The notes below the pieces were generated by a model that worked only from the letters and a program-made list of their open reading frames with translations, did not search any database and was not told the origin of the DNA. This document shows positions 13,346 to 26,921 of a stretch of DNA of 64,000 nt, piece by piece. Every line of letters starts with the position of its first letter. The first letter of the stretch is position 1. The translations under genes were made by a program, and so were the position numbers. The DNA is from Geosiphon pyriformis uo1 (Eukaryota > Fungi > Glomeromycota): the NCBI GenBank assembly GCA_016748015.1, contig JAAOMT010000664.1, positions 873,518-937,517 on the forward strand. The letters run 5' to 3'.

Positions 13346-16300
13346 ACTATTTTAGTTTCTGCTCTATTGACAGATTTGGAAGTGTGATATATTGTTTGAG
13401 ATTATAATCAAAATTTGAATTATTGTAATTATTGTTGCTATTATGAACAGAGTTGGAACTGTTGTTGTCATTATTATTAGAGTTTAAATTACAATTAAAT
13501 TTTGATTTTGATTCTGATGCATATTTGCTGATTGGTTTTTTTTCTTTGGAGATCAAATTGATCATGTATGATAGTGAATTATAAATAATATTACAATTAT
13601 CACAATATTCAAAGTCATTAGAGATTAAACAATATTTACAGAGTCTTATATTTAACTGTTTCAAATACTGTTTTTGCTCTTTTTTAGTGGGTGCTAAGTC
13701 TTGATAGTGTTTATGGAATTGTTTTGAATCATTTAGAATGTCAATAAATACATCTGGATTGGAAATAAGAATAATCTTGACAGGTTCTGGTGGGTTATTC
13801 TTAATTGCCAATATTTTACTGGACAAAGTGCTTTTAACTTTGGCACTTGTCATTTGTCAAATTTTGTCTTCATTATGTGAATAGTCATCTAAGCATAAGA
13901 GTGCTTAATTTTATGTAGCATTAAAAAATGTTCTTCAACTTATTTAGTCACTTATTAGAATTATGTATTGACATAATATATTACATGTTTCTCTTTAACT
14001 AGGAATGTTATTCCATATTTTTTTATTAAATAGTGTTTCTCTATAAGTAAGACATGACTTGTTGTCCCATTTTTCTTGTTACTTAAGATAACTAAAGTAT
14101 TTTCTATAACACAATTTACAGTAGTAATAAGTGTGTGTCCAATAGTTTTTGTCTGACAAAATTTAAGTTCTCATAAAAGAAAGCTTTTTATTGCAGTCAG
14201 TATATCTTAGTAAAATATATAGTAAATTTTTTTTGTGTTTATGAAGTAGAATTAATTTCAGCCACTGGTTATTTTTTTAATGGCTGTAATGGCTTTGGTT
14301 TTGTCTTTTTTTTTCCTTTCCTTTTATTATTTCAAGAGAATATTAGTAGTAATTTGTTGTGCTTATTCTCAGTCCATAAAACTTAATTGGCTTTTCAGAT
14401 AGGGTTTTTTTTTCTTTCAACTCAATCAATGGTTGCTTTTTTGAAAGAGCTTTAAAATGTTCACAGATAGTTAGTACTTAAGTTTGCTAACCATTTTAAC
14501 TAAAATGTAGCTCTTGTATAGTCTAGTCAAATATGGCATTGGTTTTGAACAGCTAGTTGTTACCAATAAGAGCTAAGTACTGTATAGCTTCCATTATAAA
14601 AATTTTGATGAGTATTATAATGCTGTTGATTTTAAATAAAAAGTTGTCAATTTTTGCCAATAGAAATCTTAATGATTTTATCGACAGTAATAATTTTAGC
14701 ACTGATAGCACAATTAACTTAGTAATCTAATTGGTTTATAAGTTGTCAAGTAATAATGCTGTCTGCTAAATTATTATTAAAAATAAGTTTGATAGATTGG
14801 CTATTGACTTTGGCATTAATATATATAGTAATAATTAATTTAGTGTTAAGAATAACTTTACTGAATAAAAGTGGCATTGTTGATTCTTCTATTTTGAAAA
14901 AAAATATGGTTGTGAGTGATTTGTTTTCTATAATAGTTGCTAGTAAAATGTTGTTAGTAAGTAGTGTTTTTGGGTTTTTCAAATAATTGGATAAATTGGG
15001 TTCTGAAGTAACCAGAAGACTTAAATAGTTTTGGAAATTTGGGTTTTAAGTATACTTACTTTCTGAACTCTATTAACATAATCCTAATAGCTAATTTAAT
15101 AAACTAAGGATTAATTGATGCATTACTATTGTCAATTTCCAATTCTGTTATATGTGCATAATTTTCAGTTTTTGGTTGCCAGTTGACATTTGAACTAGAT
15201 TTTGGAGTGGTATTTGAATTGGTGGTGGTTGATAGATAATTTGTGACTGTAGTTAATAAATAACTAGTGCTGAATTTTGATATACTAGAGGTAAATATAT
15301 TGATTGTTGTGTTATTAGAATGTAATAAAGTTGATATTATTCCTGATTCTGGATATAGTTCAGAGTTTGAAACTAGCAATTAGGGTTTCAATATTGATTT
15401 TTCAATTATTGGTTATTTAATCTTATATGGCAGTCTAATTTTAAGAGTTTTTGTTTACTACAATAATAGCAAATATACATTTTTTGCTGTTATAATTGAT
15501 TGGTTAATAAGAATAATAGATGTAATTGATTCTGAAAACAATTGAAGTTTCCTTGATTGTTACAGTATTATAGTAATTAATAAATTGCCTAATTGTTAGT
15601 TAAGTATCTTTTAATTTTCTGATTAATAACTTTATCAAATTGTTTTAATTTGGTATTTAATTCAGATAATCTATTCATTATTAAGTTAACAGCTTGGGTA
15701 TAATTGGCTTTAAGTTCAGCTGATTCAAAATCTTGGACATATGTGATTATATCTTAGAGAGTATTTAGATGTATTAGACATATTTGTTATAAAAGACTAC
15801 TATATAATTCATAAATAAATTGATTTAGAATTTGTGCTGCTGTAAAATAGTCAGCTTGAATTGCTTAAATCTGATACAGATTTCTGTAAAAGCATCTTAA
15901 GTAAGTAGTAACTGCTTTTGTATTATCTTGTTTGATGGTAGTAAAGTTAGTTAATAGATGATTAATACTATTATAATTGTTAAAATATTAAAGAAATACA
16001 ATTTTAAATACATTACAGATTTGTGGCTTGTTGATTAAGTTCTGATATCACAAGTTAGCAATATCCTATAAAAAGTAGGAAATAGCTCAAATAGCTTTGA
16101 TATTGTCTCAGTTATTGGCTGTAATTGTCTTGACAATATTGTTTAACTATGCTTGAGCATTGTTTTTTTTACCAGTAAATTTCTCAAGTTTGGTAATAGA
16201 TACATATGCTATTGGTGCTAATTGTTATTGTTGTTAAGATTATTATTAAGATAGAGTAATTAGTGCATATGGTGGATTGATTATAATGACTGAAGATAAG

Positions 16301-17145
16301 TTTTACTGAATAATAGAAGTAAAATTTAGATTGTTTGGGTTTGTCAAAGTTTAACTAATCAGAGTTTGTATTTTCAGATTATTTGAGATTGAGTCTTAAT
16401 TATTTTTTTTCTAATCACTGTCTTTCTTTTTTTTCTGAATTAGTATTTTCTTAATGACTAATAGATCTGAAATCTGGTTGAAATGATAGTAATCAAAATT
16501 TTAATAGTATTATTGGTTATGATTTGAATTTTTCAAAGAAATTATTATAAGTTCTTAATAATTTGGCTTTTTCTTAATTATTTTAGAACAGAATTTGAGA
16601 TAATAATATTTTTATAATTGATAATAATAAAGATTCTGATGATATGTATATAGTATTTTCTAGTATATAATAATATAATAAATAAATAGATAAAATGATT
16701 TTTGGTTTTTTTCAAGTAAACAGTTGTATTTTTCTTGGTGTTTTTGTTGGTGTTTGTAAATTTTCTGTTTGTAAAAGTAATAAAAAATTGCTATTGGGTC
16801 TAATTTCCAATTTCTCTGTTTATTTCTGTGATTAATAATATAAACAGATAGTTTGGTAGAAGTATGATGCTTTGGAATAATTTACTGTAAAAATGGTTGA
16901 AAGTGGCTTTTGGATCTTCTTAACTTTCCAAGTAGAATTTAATTTATTCATTAACATAGTAATTAAAAGCTAATTTTATTGGCCAATAGTTATTTGTTAA
17001 TTTAAAGTAAGTTTGGTAATGTTAAAATAAAAATTTCACAAATTCTAAATAATTTTCTCTTATAATTTCTTGATCTGTTACTTTTTCAGATAATTGCTGT
17101 TAATACTGGTTTTTTGTTAAATTATATCTTATAAGGAGCATTAAA

Positions 17146-17918
17146 TGTTATAGGTAATTATTTAAAATATTGAAACAAATAACAAATCTGTAATTTGGTG
17201 CTTAATAGTTGGTAATATTGGTAATTTCTGAAGGTTTTGGAATCTAAAAGTTTTGGTTGAGTCTTTTGTATAATAGACAGAGATTTAATTAATGATTTCT
17301 TCTATGAATTTTTTTTTTCAATATGATAACTGGTTTAATTTGGCAGTTATGTCTTTTTAGTAAGCTATTCTTAAATTTTTATCCTTATTTCTAAGTTTTT
17401 TACTAGGCTATTTTTAATGTTAAATACTTAGCACTTAATTTTTTTAATTAATTAGTAAACAACAAAAAAATAAAATAAAAAAAAATAAAAAATTAATATT
17501 TTGTTAATAGCTATAATTAAGAGTTATTGGTCCAGTGTGATTAAGTCTTGAATTCTATTAACATAAAGTATTAATAATGTAAAATTAATTAATATTTTTT
17601 AATCAAATAATGATAATATGAATTTAGATAATAATTAATATTTTATTAATATGTGTTTTAATTCTATTTCAAGTGGTAGAAAACTATTTTTTGAAGAAAA
17701 AAATATTAGATAATTAATGGTTTTAACTGATTTTTTTTAATTGATTCTGTTTTTAATACTTTTATCATATATACATATTTTTTGTTATATGAAATCTCAC
17801 ATTTTCTTGAATAATATGCTTTATTTTCTTTGACAATATCCTTACTTGCTAAGTTTTATTCTATTATTGGTCTATTTTTCTATCTGTTTTCTTATTTGTA
17901 CTTTTTTTATAAGTAATA
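17146..17918 (-). repeat. 5' LTR of Gypsy B
   Basis: Aligns with 8044-8993; followed on the minus strand by TTTAATGCTCC, consistent with a G>A-mutated TTTGGTGCTCC primer binding site. Confidence 0.88.
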
Positions 17919-19172
17919 CTGTTATTATTGTAAAATTCTAAAACATTAAAAACAAAACTGCCAACAAAAAAATAATTAATAGTATTTTTAATTATAGTAA
18001 TTCTATTATTAACTTCTATTACCATCTTACTATTTATTAAAATTTCAACACTAAAACAATTACTATTAATCTGTTCTACAACCCATTCAACAATAATATT
18101 AATAACTATCAAGTTAATAATATTAAGTACTTGCCTAAAAATTGGATCAACAAAACCAATTCACTTTTCAAAACCAATTTATAATAAACAACAATAGATT
18201 TAATTTTAATAACCAATTAATTTTTTAAAATCTAACTCAACAAAAGCCTATATATTATTACACTTAGCCAAATTATCTCACATTGCCAGAAGAATCAGAT
18301 TTTTAACAAATTGTATTTTTTGAAGATAAAACTATAATACCAGAGCAAAATTCTTCTAGTAATACAATTTTATTAGTCATAATTATCCAAAATACCAATC
18401 TTTCAGATATATTTTCATCCAAATTTGAAGCAAATATATTATTCATTTTGCTTAACAATATAGTTATTACAAAACAAAAAACAATTACAGCTATGTACAC
18501 AAAAGCCAAAGTTAAAAAAAAAACAATTCAATTAATCTTAAACAATAGATTTATCAGAAGCATTATTACTTATTAGTTAATACAACAGCTACAATGAAAC
18601 ATCAACAAATCTGCCCAAACAGTCATTATTACAACAGATGATATAAAGAAAACACCAATATAAAAAATTAACAATTTCTTATTTATAATTGATAGAATTA
18701 CCATTTTAATTAAAGTTCTTATTATAAATACTAATTTCTTGTCAGAAATAATTGGCTTTTTAAGGCCAATACTAATCTAGATTAGAAAATCTAGGAACTT
18801 AAAATCTTATATTAGTAATAATATACCAGAGTATTTAATACTTATGATACTTTTAACAAATAATTAGAAAAAGTTTCTGTGTTTGAATTTGAAAAAAAGA
18901 AAAAAAAACTGATTATTAAAACTTATATGGTTCTTGAATCAACATTCAATTGAGCTGAAAAAACTGAACAAAAACTCTTTGAAAAAATTAGTAAATAAAA
19001 CATCTCATATTCAAAACCAGAACTAAAAAAGCAATCATCTTATATTCCACTAAAATACCAAAATTACAACAAAAAGCTTTTATTTATAAAAGCTTGTATA
19101 TTACTAGAAAAAAAATATAAGATGCATATTTGCTATTACTATAAAGTCTGCTACTGGGAATGATTTGAATAC

Positions 19173-22100
19173 TATTATTTATAAAAATTCAGGAATTTGT
19201 AATAAGAATAAAAAAGTAGTTAATTAGAAATAGACATAGTAAAAGAAAAATTTCAGAATTTCTTTTGAAGAATTACAGAATTCCAGGAATTTCAAGATTT
19301 CTTTTGAAAAATTACAAGATTTCAGAAATTCCAGAATTTTTGGTTAGAAAAATTAAAAAAATTCAAGAAATTTCATATAATATTAATTATGTATATATAA
19401 AAAGAGCATTAGAAGCAAAAAAGACAGAATTCAATTTAGAATTAATACTTACAATTAATTAATTATCCAATATTTCTTCCTTTTAAAGATAGTTTTCTAT
19501 AACTTGAAATAAAATTAAATTACATATTAATAAAATATTTATTATTATCTGAATTTATATTATTATCATTTGATTAAAAAAATTAATTATTTTTACTTTA
19601 TTAATACTTCATGTTAATAGAATCCAATACTTAACCATACTGAACTAATAGTTTTTTTTTTTATTAACATTTAATAAGTAAGGTCTAAACATTATCTAGT
19701 ACTATATATCAAAAAAATAATCTATACTAAGTATGAATCATGCACTTTCTACACATGACCAGCCATTTGGGCCAATCAGAACATTACTATGCATCTATAT
19801 GAACAGACACTAATTTACCTATACCCAAAAAAAACAAACAAGATTTGCAAAAACCAAAACAAATGCCCAATGTCTCTGTGATGCCAAGCAATTTTACCAC
19901 ACCAGTAGAAAACCCCAAAGCCAAGTCCAGAACTGGTACAAGAGCTAAACTATCAAGTGGAATTAGGTTGGTTTTTTCCATATAGGTTTGATGCTTAACA
20001 TAAACCAACCAAATATTATTTCTAAAGGCAAAACCAAAAGATCTCACAAACTTAACAACTTTTAAACCAGCAATTTTAAGATCATGGAAGATGGAAACCA
20101 CCTCGCAAAGCCAATTATTAAACACAAAATCTTTATAAAGGACTATAAAGACTAAGAAATCAGAAGCACAAGATGACAACAGCTGCAACACACAAGAAGA
20201 GGAGTGTGAAAAGCCAGAAATTGTTCTCCAAGAAGCTGCATGAAAGTCTAATATGTGGAATTGAGCAGAATTGTCGACTTTGCAAAAAAACACATAATCC
20301 AAAGTCTTCACATTGCCACAATACAAACAAAGCACACTAGAGTAATGTCTATTATAGAAATGCTTTCGAATTGCCACAGAAAGCTGATGATACAGAGTTT
20401 TCATAAAATAAGTACGAACTCCAGCCAAGAGTCTGTTAGTAAACCTGGTGGCCATATGCAAATCAGGATGCCAAAACAGTGAAGAGCAGGGCCAATCTAC
20501 TTTAGAAAGCAAGCTACTTGCCAAAAGCTTAGAGCCAGAACCAACCTTCCAGTGTGCATGATATATAGAGTGACAAATATTATGAACAAAATGTCTGGAA
20601 TTGCCAGAAACAACATTACTATCAGCAACAATATAATGTTCATCCAAGTGAAAAAGAAGACATCAATCAGAGAGAGATGCATCACCAGCAATCAGGTTAG
20701 CATGTTCATTCCTGGAAACACCAGAGTGACTTTTAATCTTGTGCCAATTAACACTTAAATTCCTACTTTTAACAATATTGACAATATGTCGGCACTCAAT
20801 CCAACACTAATTGTGGAAATCAGGACACACAAGACCCAATTTAGTCTTACATACATTCAAAACAGATTGACTATCTGAAAACAAATAGACAGAACTAGAT
20901 AGAAGAACACACTCTAAGGCCAATGCAATAGCCTGCAATTCTGCCAGAGTAGATGACATTAAACCTGATATACCAATATTCAGACCCAAACCAATGTCCT
21001 CAAAAAAAGCAGCGGCACCAGCCTTACAGCCAGCTGTGCCCAAATTCTTCAGAGATCCATCTGTATATACTGATATATCACTCAAACTTACACGAGAGAG
21101 ATGGTCACGAACAGACACAAAATTATGAAATCTAAGAATGTTCAAAGAATCAATACCACCCAATACCAAAGGGCCAGTAGGAGTGGAATTCACACTATTG
21201 AGAAAAGCAGTAGCAAGCTTGAACCACTCAGAAATGGGGCCACGGAGACTGAGTCTCTTCCACCACTTAAAGATGTGCCAATCAAATACAGCACCATGAC
21301 AATCACAAAGTTAATCCACAAAGGCAACACTGAACCTCCAGAGAGAAGGGAGAAACTTGGAAAATTTTGACTCACCCAGAACAGCAGACATGAGCACCCC
21401 ACCATGAAACCAAAAAGAATTGGCTAAAGAGCCACCCAAAAATAAATTGCAATCAAGAAGAATTCTGACCATGCCTGCCAAGAAATTATTAGAAACACTG
21501 ACATTAATACGAACAGAAAAACTCAATAGATGAACAGGACACCAACATTGAACTTGTAAGTCATAAGACCTATAAGAAAATAAGCAACCCAAAATTCCAC
21601 CAAAGTTCACAAAGCTAACAAGAAAGGCAACTTTGCATTCAGACTGAATCTGTGAAAAAGACTTCAAACCATAAAAAGAAGAGTGGTAAAGTGTATTACC
21701 AGGAAAATTGAGTGGGAGACCAGATTTAAGCTTCAAATCTTTGCAAACCAAAGCATCTCACTTGCCACAAATGCTGACTGGAACAAAACTAAATTGTGTA
21801 CAATAGCTAACTATGAGTTGGAGAATTGCTGACACCAAATACAAAAATTGTTTATCAGAAATGGCTTTTTTCAGAACCAAATTGACAAAAAATTGAATGT
21901 CTGAATGTGTCTTAGCCAAACTAGGTTTCGAAAGACTCTCAGTCGAAAAAAAAATACCTAGATACTGATGAGACTTCTCCTTCTTGGTAATAGATATGAG
22001 TGAACCACTGATAGAAAGGAAAGGATTGCTGACCCTGCTATTGATCGAAATGGCCATTGTCTTGTCATTATTAATTAAGATGTTGTTAACCCAAAAAAAT

Positions 22101-25100
22101 TCACTGGCAATATTAAGAATATGTTGAGTAGCAACCTAACTGCTACCAACCCAAATTGTGTTATCAACAAAAACACCAGCAGTAAAAAAGGAAGAAAGCC
22201 CAACCCAGAATTTAGAGTGACCACTTCTGGAAACAAAATGAAAATTTAACTTATACCCACATACACTTTCCTAATGCTTGACTTCACACAGCAGAGGATC
22301 ATAAAATATGTGCCACAAAAGGGAGAAAAAAACCTCTTCCTAATCCAGACTATTATGAACATAATAACTATCAGTCAAACCAAAATTCGTCATAACATGG
22401 TTGGTACAATCCTTGTGGATATTACCAAAAAATTGAATGAATTTGCTGCACATCTTAATCCTAATCAAACTTTTCTTGAGATGCTTTCAGCCAACCAAAT
22501 CATAAGCCTTTTGCATGTCTTGTAAAACCAGCCAGAGCTCATAGTCTTTTTCCAAGACATTTTCAATTACTGAACCAATAGCAAAAATGGAGAATTGAGT
22601 AGTCATACCCTTTAAGACTGAAAAATTGTCCTCACAAAGAACATCAAAAGCACTGCAAGCTGTGGAGATCCTATCAGATAAAATCTTGAAAAGAATCTTG
22701 TGAGCCATTTTGATCAAGGCAATGGAACATGTGTTTGTCAAAATGTCTTCCCACTTATAGGGTTTGGAAATCATTAAGATCCAGACTTCCTTCCAAGGAC
22801 AAGGCACAGATTCACCAGTCAAACAAAAATTCAAAAGTACCAACAAAACATCTAAAACCGACTTATCACAATGTTTTCAAAGTTCATTTGAGATTCTTGA
22901 CAAACCAGCAGTTTTGTTATTAGGAAGATCAGAAACTACTCTAAACAATTCATCAAAGCCAATTAAACACATTACACCAGAAAAAGCTTCATCAAAAACA
23001 TACTTTAATGGATGGTATTGGCAGCACCAAACATCTGAAACATTATCAACTATCTGATATTTTCTGGTCCAACCCTCCATGATTATATTTACTTTAAACT
23101 TAATCAAACCAGACTCCAAAATTAGTTCATCATCAACAACCAAATGGTTGAGCACCATCTTGTGAAATAGACACTCAAGCATGCTTCTTATCAAGTAACC
23201 CTTATTCACTTCAAAACTTTCCATCTTTTTATCAACAGCAGACTTGATGTTTATCTCTTTAATATACTATGATTTAGCTAATTTAGACACATGATAAAAT
23301 TTTCTGGCACCCATAAGAGCAGAACAAACATGACCAGAGTTCACATCAGAGGTTACCAGAGTCCAAATGACTAAAGCTTTATCACCATCCAAAGATTTCC
23401 AACATTTCATAAGAGACTCAAAATGCTTAACATTCTCCCCACAATATGCCTTAACAATTTTAGAAATTAGAAGTTCCAATTTGTAAAATCTAGAAGAATC
23501 TTTGGTGAAAACTACATCAAAGTCCTTGAATTATTTCTTTTTGAACACTTCATTTGCCGAAAGAACCATAATTTTGTGAATAACTGCCTATATTGCATCC
23601 AAATCCGAAAGCTTCATAAAAGCAACAAATTCATCCGAAAACATAGTCATATTAGCCTTTGTAGTGCACTTAAAATCAACCCATTTATTTTTATCAGCAC
23701 TCTTCAAATCAAACTTCCATCTGTCTCTGTTTGCTTGTTTGCAAAGAAAGCACAAATGCACATCCAAAAGCTCATCCAAACCCAAAGACACAGAAACAGT
23801 CTGATGATCTGTATCAAAATGTTCACTCACATTCACAACAGTGCACTTCATTACCGCATTGATCAAGTTAGACAAAACAAGTATGTAATCAATTGTTTTA
23901 TTCACGCCCCTTGAATTTCTCCATGTACAACTATTCACTACTGGACTGCCTGACAAAGAGTTAACCAGCCCCAAGTTGAGACATCTTTTAAAACTTGCAC
24001 TCTTATGTAAACCATCCTCATTAAAATCACCACCCAGAATGATGAAAAAAGAATTATTGACAGTCTTAGCAACAAAAAAGTTGATCTTACTGGCCTGCGA
24101 GAACTGAATTGCAGAAGATGCACCAGCATAGAACCCTAAAATTGACACTGAGAGTCTGTTCTTGAAAAGTAATTTGATAGAAAAGAGCTGATCAGGCATC
24201 TCAGAAATTTTACATACATGACGAGCAATAGAGATGTTCATAATAATGGCAACACCAGCACCAAGAAAACCCGCATCTGAACCAGAAGTGAAAACTCAAA
24301 TACCATCAAACCTATCCTTGATCCATGGCCTACAACTAGACCTTAATTTCATTTCCGTCACAATCAAAACCAAATTCTCTGATTCCCTATGCCAACAAAC
24401 AATGTTTTTCTGCTTAGCAGAGACATTGATACCCTGAACATTGCACGTAGCAATCTTCCAAACCAGACCACTCATTGGGAAGAATAAGGTAAAAAGGGAC
24501 CCAAACCAGAACACAAAAGATCCAATTTTGCCAAAACAGAACTGACCAAAGCCTCCATAGCTAACATCTTAGACTCCAAACCACCTATCTTGGTGGTCAG
24601 AACCTTTGAACTACTTAGATTGAAACCAGCATCTAACTCAACACTTGAAGGAGGGGGAGAGAACAAAGCCAACACACTATCTAAAGCCATATCTGAATCC
24701 AAAACAGGAGTTATCAGCACAGAGCTGACCAAAAAAAGAGCACCAGAAGACAGCACCATGGGCACCAATTCAACAAAACTCAATTTTCTAAAAATACCAG
24801 AAATCTGGTCAGCCAAAAGTTCAAGAGAGTGCTCCAAAAATGCCAAACAAACAACCAAGGGAGACTTGTCAATTGGGAAAAAAGAAGCACTACCACCCAA
24901 CCCCAAAGCACCAGATGAAAAGAAACCTAAACCATAACCAAAGCCAGAAGGAGAGCCACCAGAAAAGGAAGCAAGAGAGACTACTTGAGCCCACAATTTG
25001 CTACCAAAGACAGTAGAGCAAGAGATAAGAACATTTTTCTTTATATACAACTTGGCTAATTAAAAACAATCAATACTAGAAGCATTTTTTTTAAAGGGAA

Positions 25101-26921
25101 CAGAGAGTGTAAGAACAGAAACATCAAAAGTATTACATTCCAAGGCTGAATGACCAAATCTCCCACACTTTCCATACCGTACTAAATCCAACCTAGCCCA
25201 TGATAATTGCACACTGTCAAAAACAGGCTCAGTACGAAAGGTGGAATCCAAATCCACCTCAGACTCAAAACCAACCACTGCACAACAAACCCTATTGCCA
25301 GTTGTCAATGATTGATTAATGGTGCAAGTTTTCCCACCAGTCTTATCCAAAAAAGTACCAAGATCATGTGCAGTTGTTCCCATTGGCAAAGTAAACAACA
25401 GTGCTTTAAACCAATTCTTAGATGCCCAGGTGTCATGATCACCTACAGCTTTGGCCACACGTATTAAATTTTTCCTGATTAGGAATGACCATCTTGAAAC
25501 CAACTGATCGGCTTGACTTGATTTGGCAAATTTCACTACAGCTTTCTGCCACATGCCAATTAACTGAATTTTGATCGACTTAATTTCTCCAAACTCGGCA
25601 ACTGCAGCGACGATCATTTCCTTTAGGGTATCTATTGGAATTTCTTTGATTACTATGGTCCAATCTGAACATACTCCTGATTTTCTGAGATTAGTGTTTA
25701 CATTGGTCTCTTTTTCTCTGGCTAATGATGTGGCCATTTCTATGTTTTTTTCTGAAGTGAAAGTAGATCAGATGATCCTTTCAAATTTTGAGGGGGTAGT
25801 GGCCCCCCCCAAAACCATTGACTGTTGAAAAAATTTTCCTAATTAACTGAGTCTTTGCCATTGCCGATTTACCTTCCACAGCTGAGAGATTAATATCCAA
25901 AGCAAATGACTTTTTAATTAACACTTCTACAGAAGTCTTGATAATTTTAGGGTCAATCCACTTTTTTTCTAAAAAGATAGGCAAGCAAGAAGGGAGCACC
26001 ACTTTTTCATCATCCATATAAAAGTCGGGAGAGCCAAGTAGAGAACCAAAGCCAGCATCAGTGTTGACTCACTTTGCCTTGGGTGTAGTAGCAGCTAAGC
26101 CCAAAAGAAACTCACCATTCACTCCAAACATGCTAACATTTTTATCCTCACCAGATAGACTCTCCACATCAGAATAAACACTGTTATCAGACCCAGATTT
26201 GCTCAAGAATATATCCCTTTTGTTACCAGAGTGTTTTATATTACCAAAAACAGCTTTTTTCTTCTGAAAAAAGGAGCCATCAGCAGGACCATGAAAAGCA
26301 CCCTTAGGAGTCTTCTTCTTAAGTGTGGTGCTACTAGCATTAGCCTCCATATTCACAAAAAATGAGTTATTATTAGGTAAAGAAATATTGATATAGACTA
26401 AAAAAAAAAAAAAAACTTCTTTTTCAGAAAATGTGCTTTTTAGAGATTTGTAGAAGTAAAAGAGAAAAAAGTTTTTTTTTAATAGCTTTTAATTATGGCT
26501 ATTAACAAAATATTAATTTTTTCTTTTCTTTTTATTTTTTTTTATTTTTTTTATTTTATTTTGTTTTGTTTCTTTGTTTTTTACTAATTAATTAAAAGAA
26601 TTAAGTACTAAGTTATTAACATCAAAGATAGTCTAATAAAAGACCTGTGAAACAAGGGTAAAGAACTCATAAAATTGAGGATAGCTTACCAAAAAAGCAA
26701 GACTACCAGAAGAACTGACCACTATCCTAAAAAAAATTTACAGAAAGGACTTCCAGGATGAGTACTAAAATATCAAATAAATCTCTGTTTATTATACAAA
26801 AAACTCAACCAAAATTTTCAAATCACAAAAATTTTCAGATATTACCAATATTATCAAGCTATTAAATACCAAGTTATGGATTTGTTATTAGTATTAACAT
26901 CTTAAATAATCATCTGTAATA
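19173..26921 (+). repeat. Solo LTR of the Gypsy B group, split by LINE copy B (pieces 19173-~19651 and ~26480-26921)
   Basis: Both pieces match the reverse complement of 17146-17918 and join seamlessly around ACTAATAG; flanked by 4-bp TSD ATAC (19169-19172 / 26922-26925). Confidence 0.85.
19652..26479 (-). mobile_element. LINE copy B, full length, moderately decayed (ORF1 26356->24472; ORF2 24475->19787 with stops and frameshifts)
   Basis: ORF fragments show RRM-like VIKEIPIDT, APE IATCNVQG / LGGDFN / IDYI / TDH, RT LQDMQKAYD, RNase H VYTDGS / AELQAI, and C-terminal CLYCG. Poly(A) tail at 19652-19662; short TSD TAATAGY(TTT). Confidence 0.93.

Larger units (their letters stand above)
8044..17918 (-). 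mobile_element. Gypsy LTR retrotransposon B, full length (~9.9 kb), decayed, inserted in the gag zinc knuckle of Gypsy A
   Basis: Two LTRs and a 4-bp TSD CTGT (8040-8043 / 17919-17922). Degenerate gag (~16210-15700), protease (~14830-14750), dUTPase (~13345-12930), RT (~12450-11700), RNase H (~11480-11130) and integrase (~10900-9830) on the minus strand. Confidence 0.9.
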
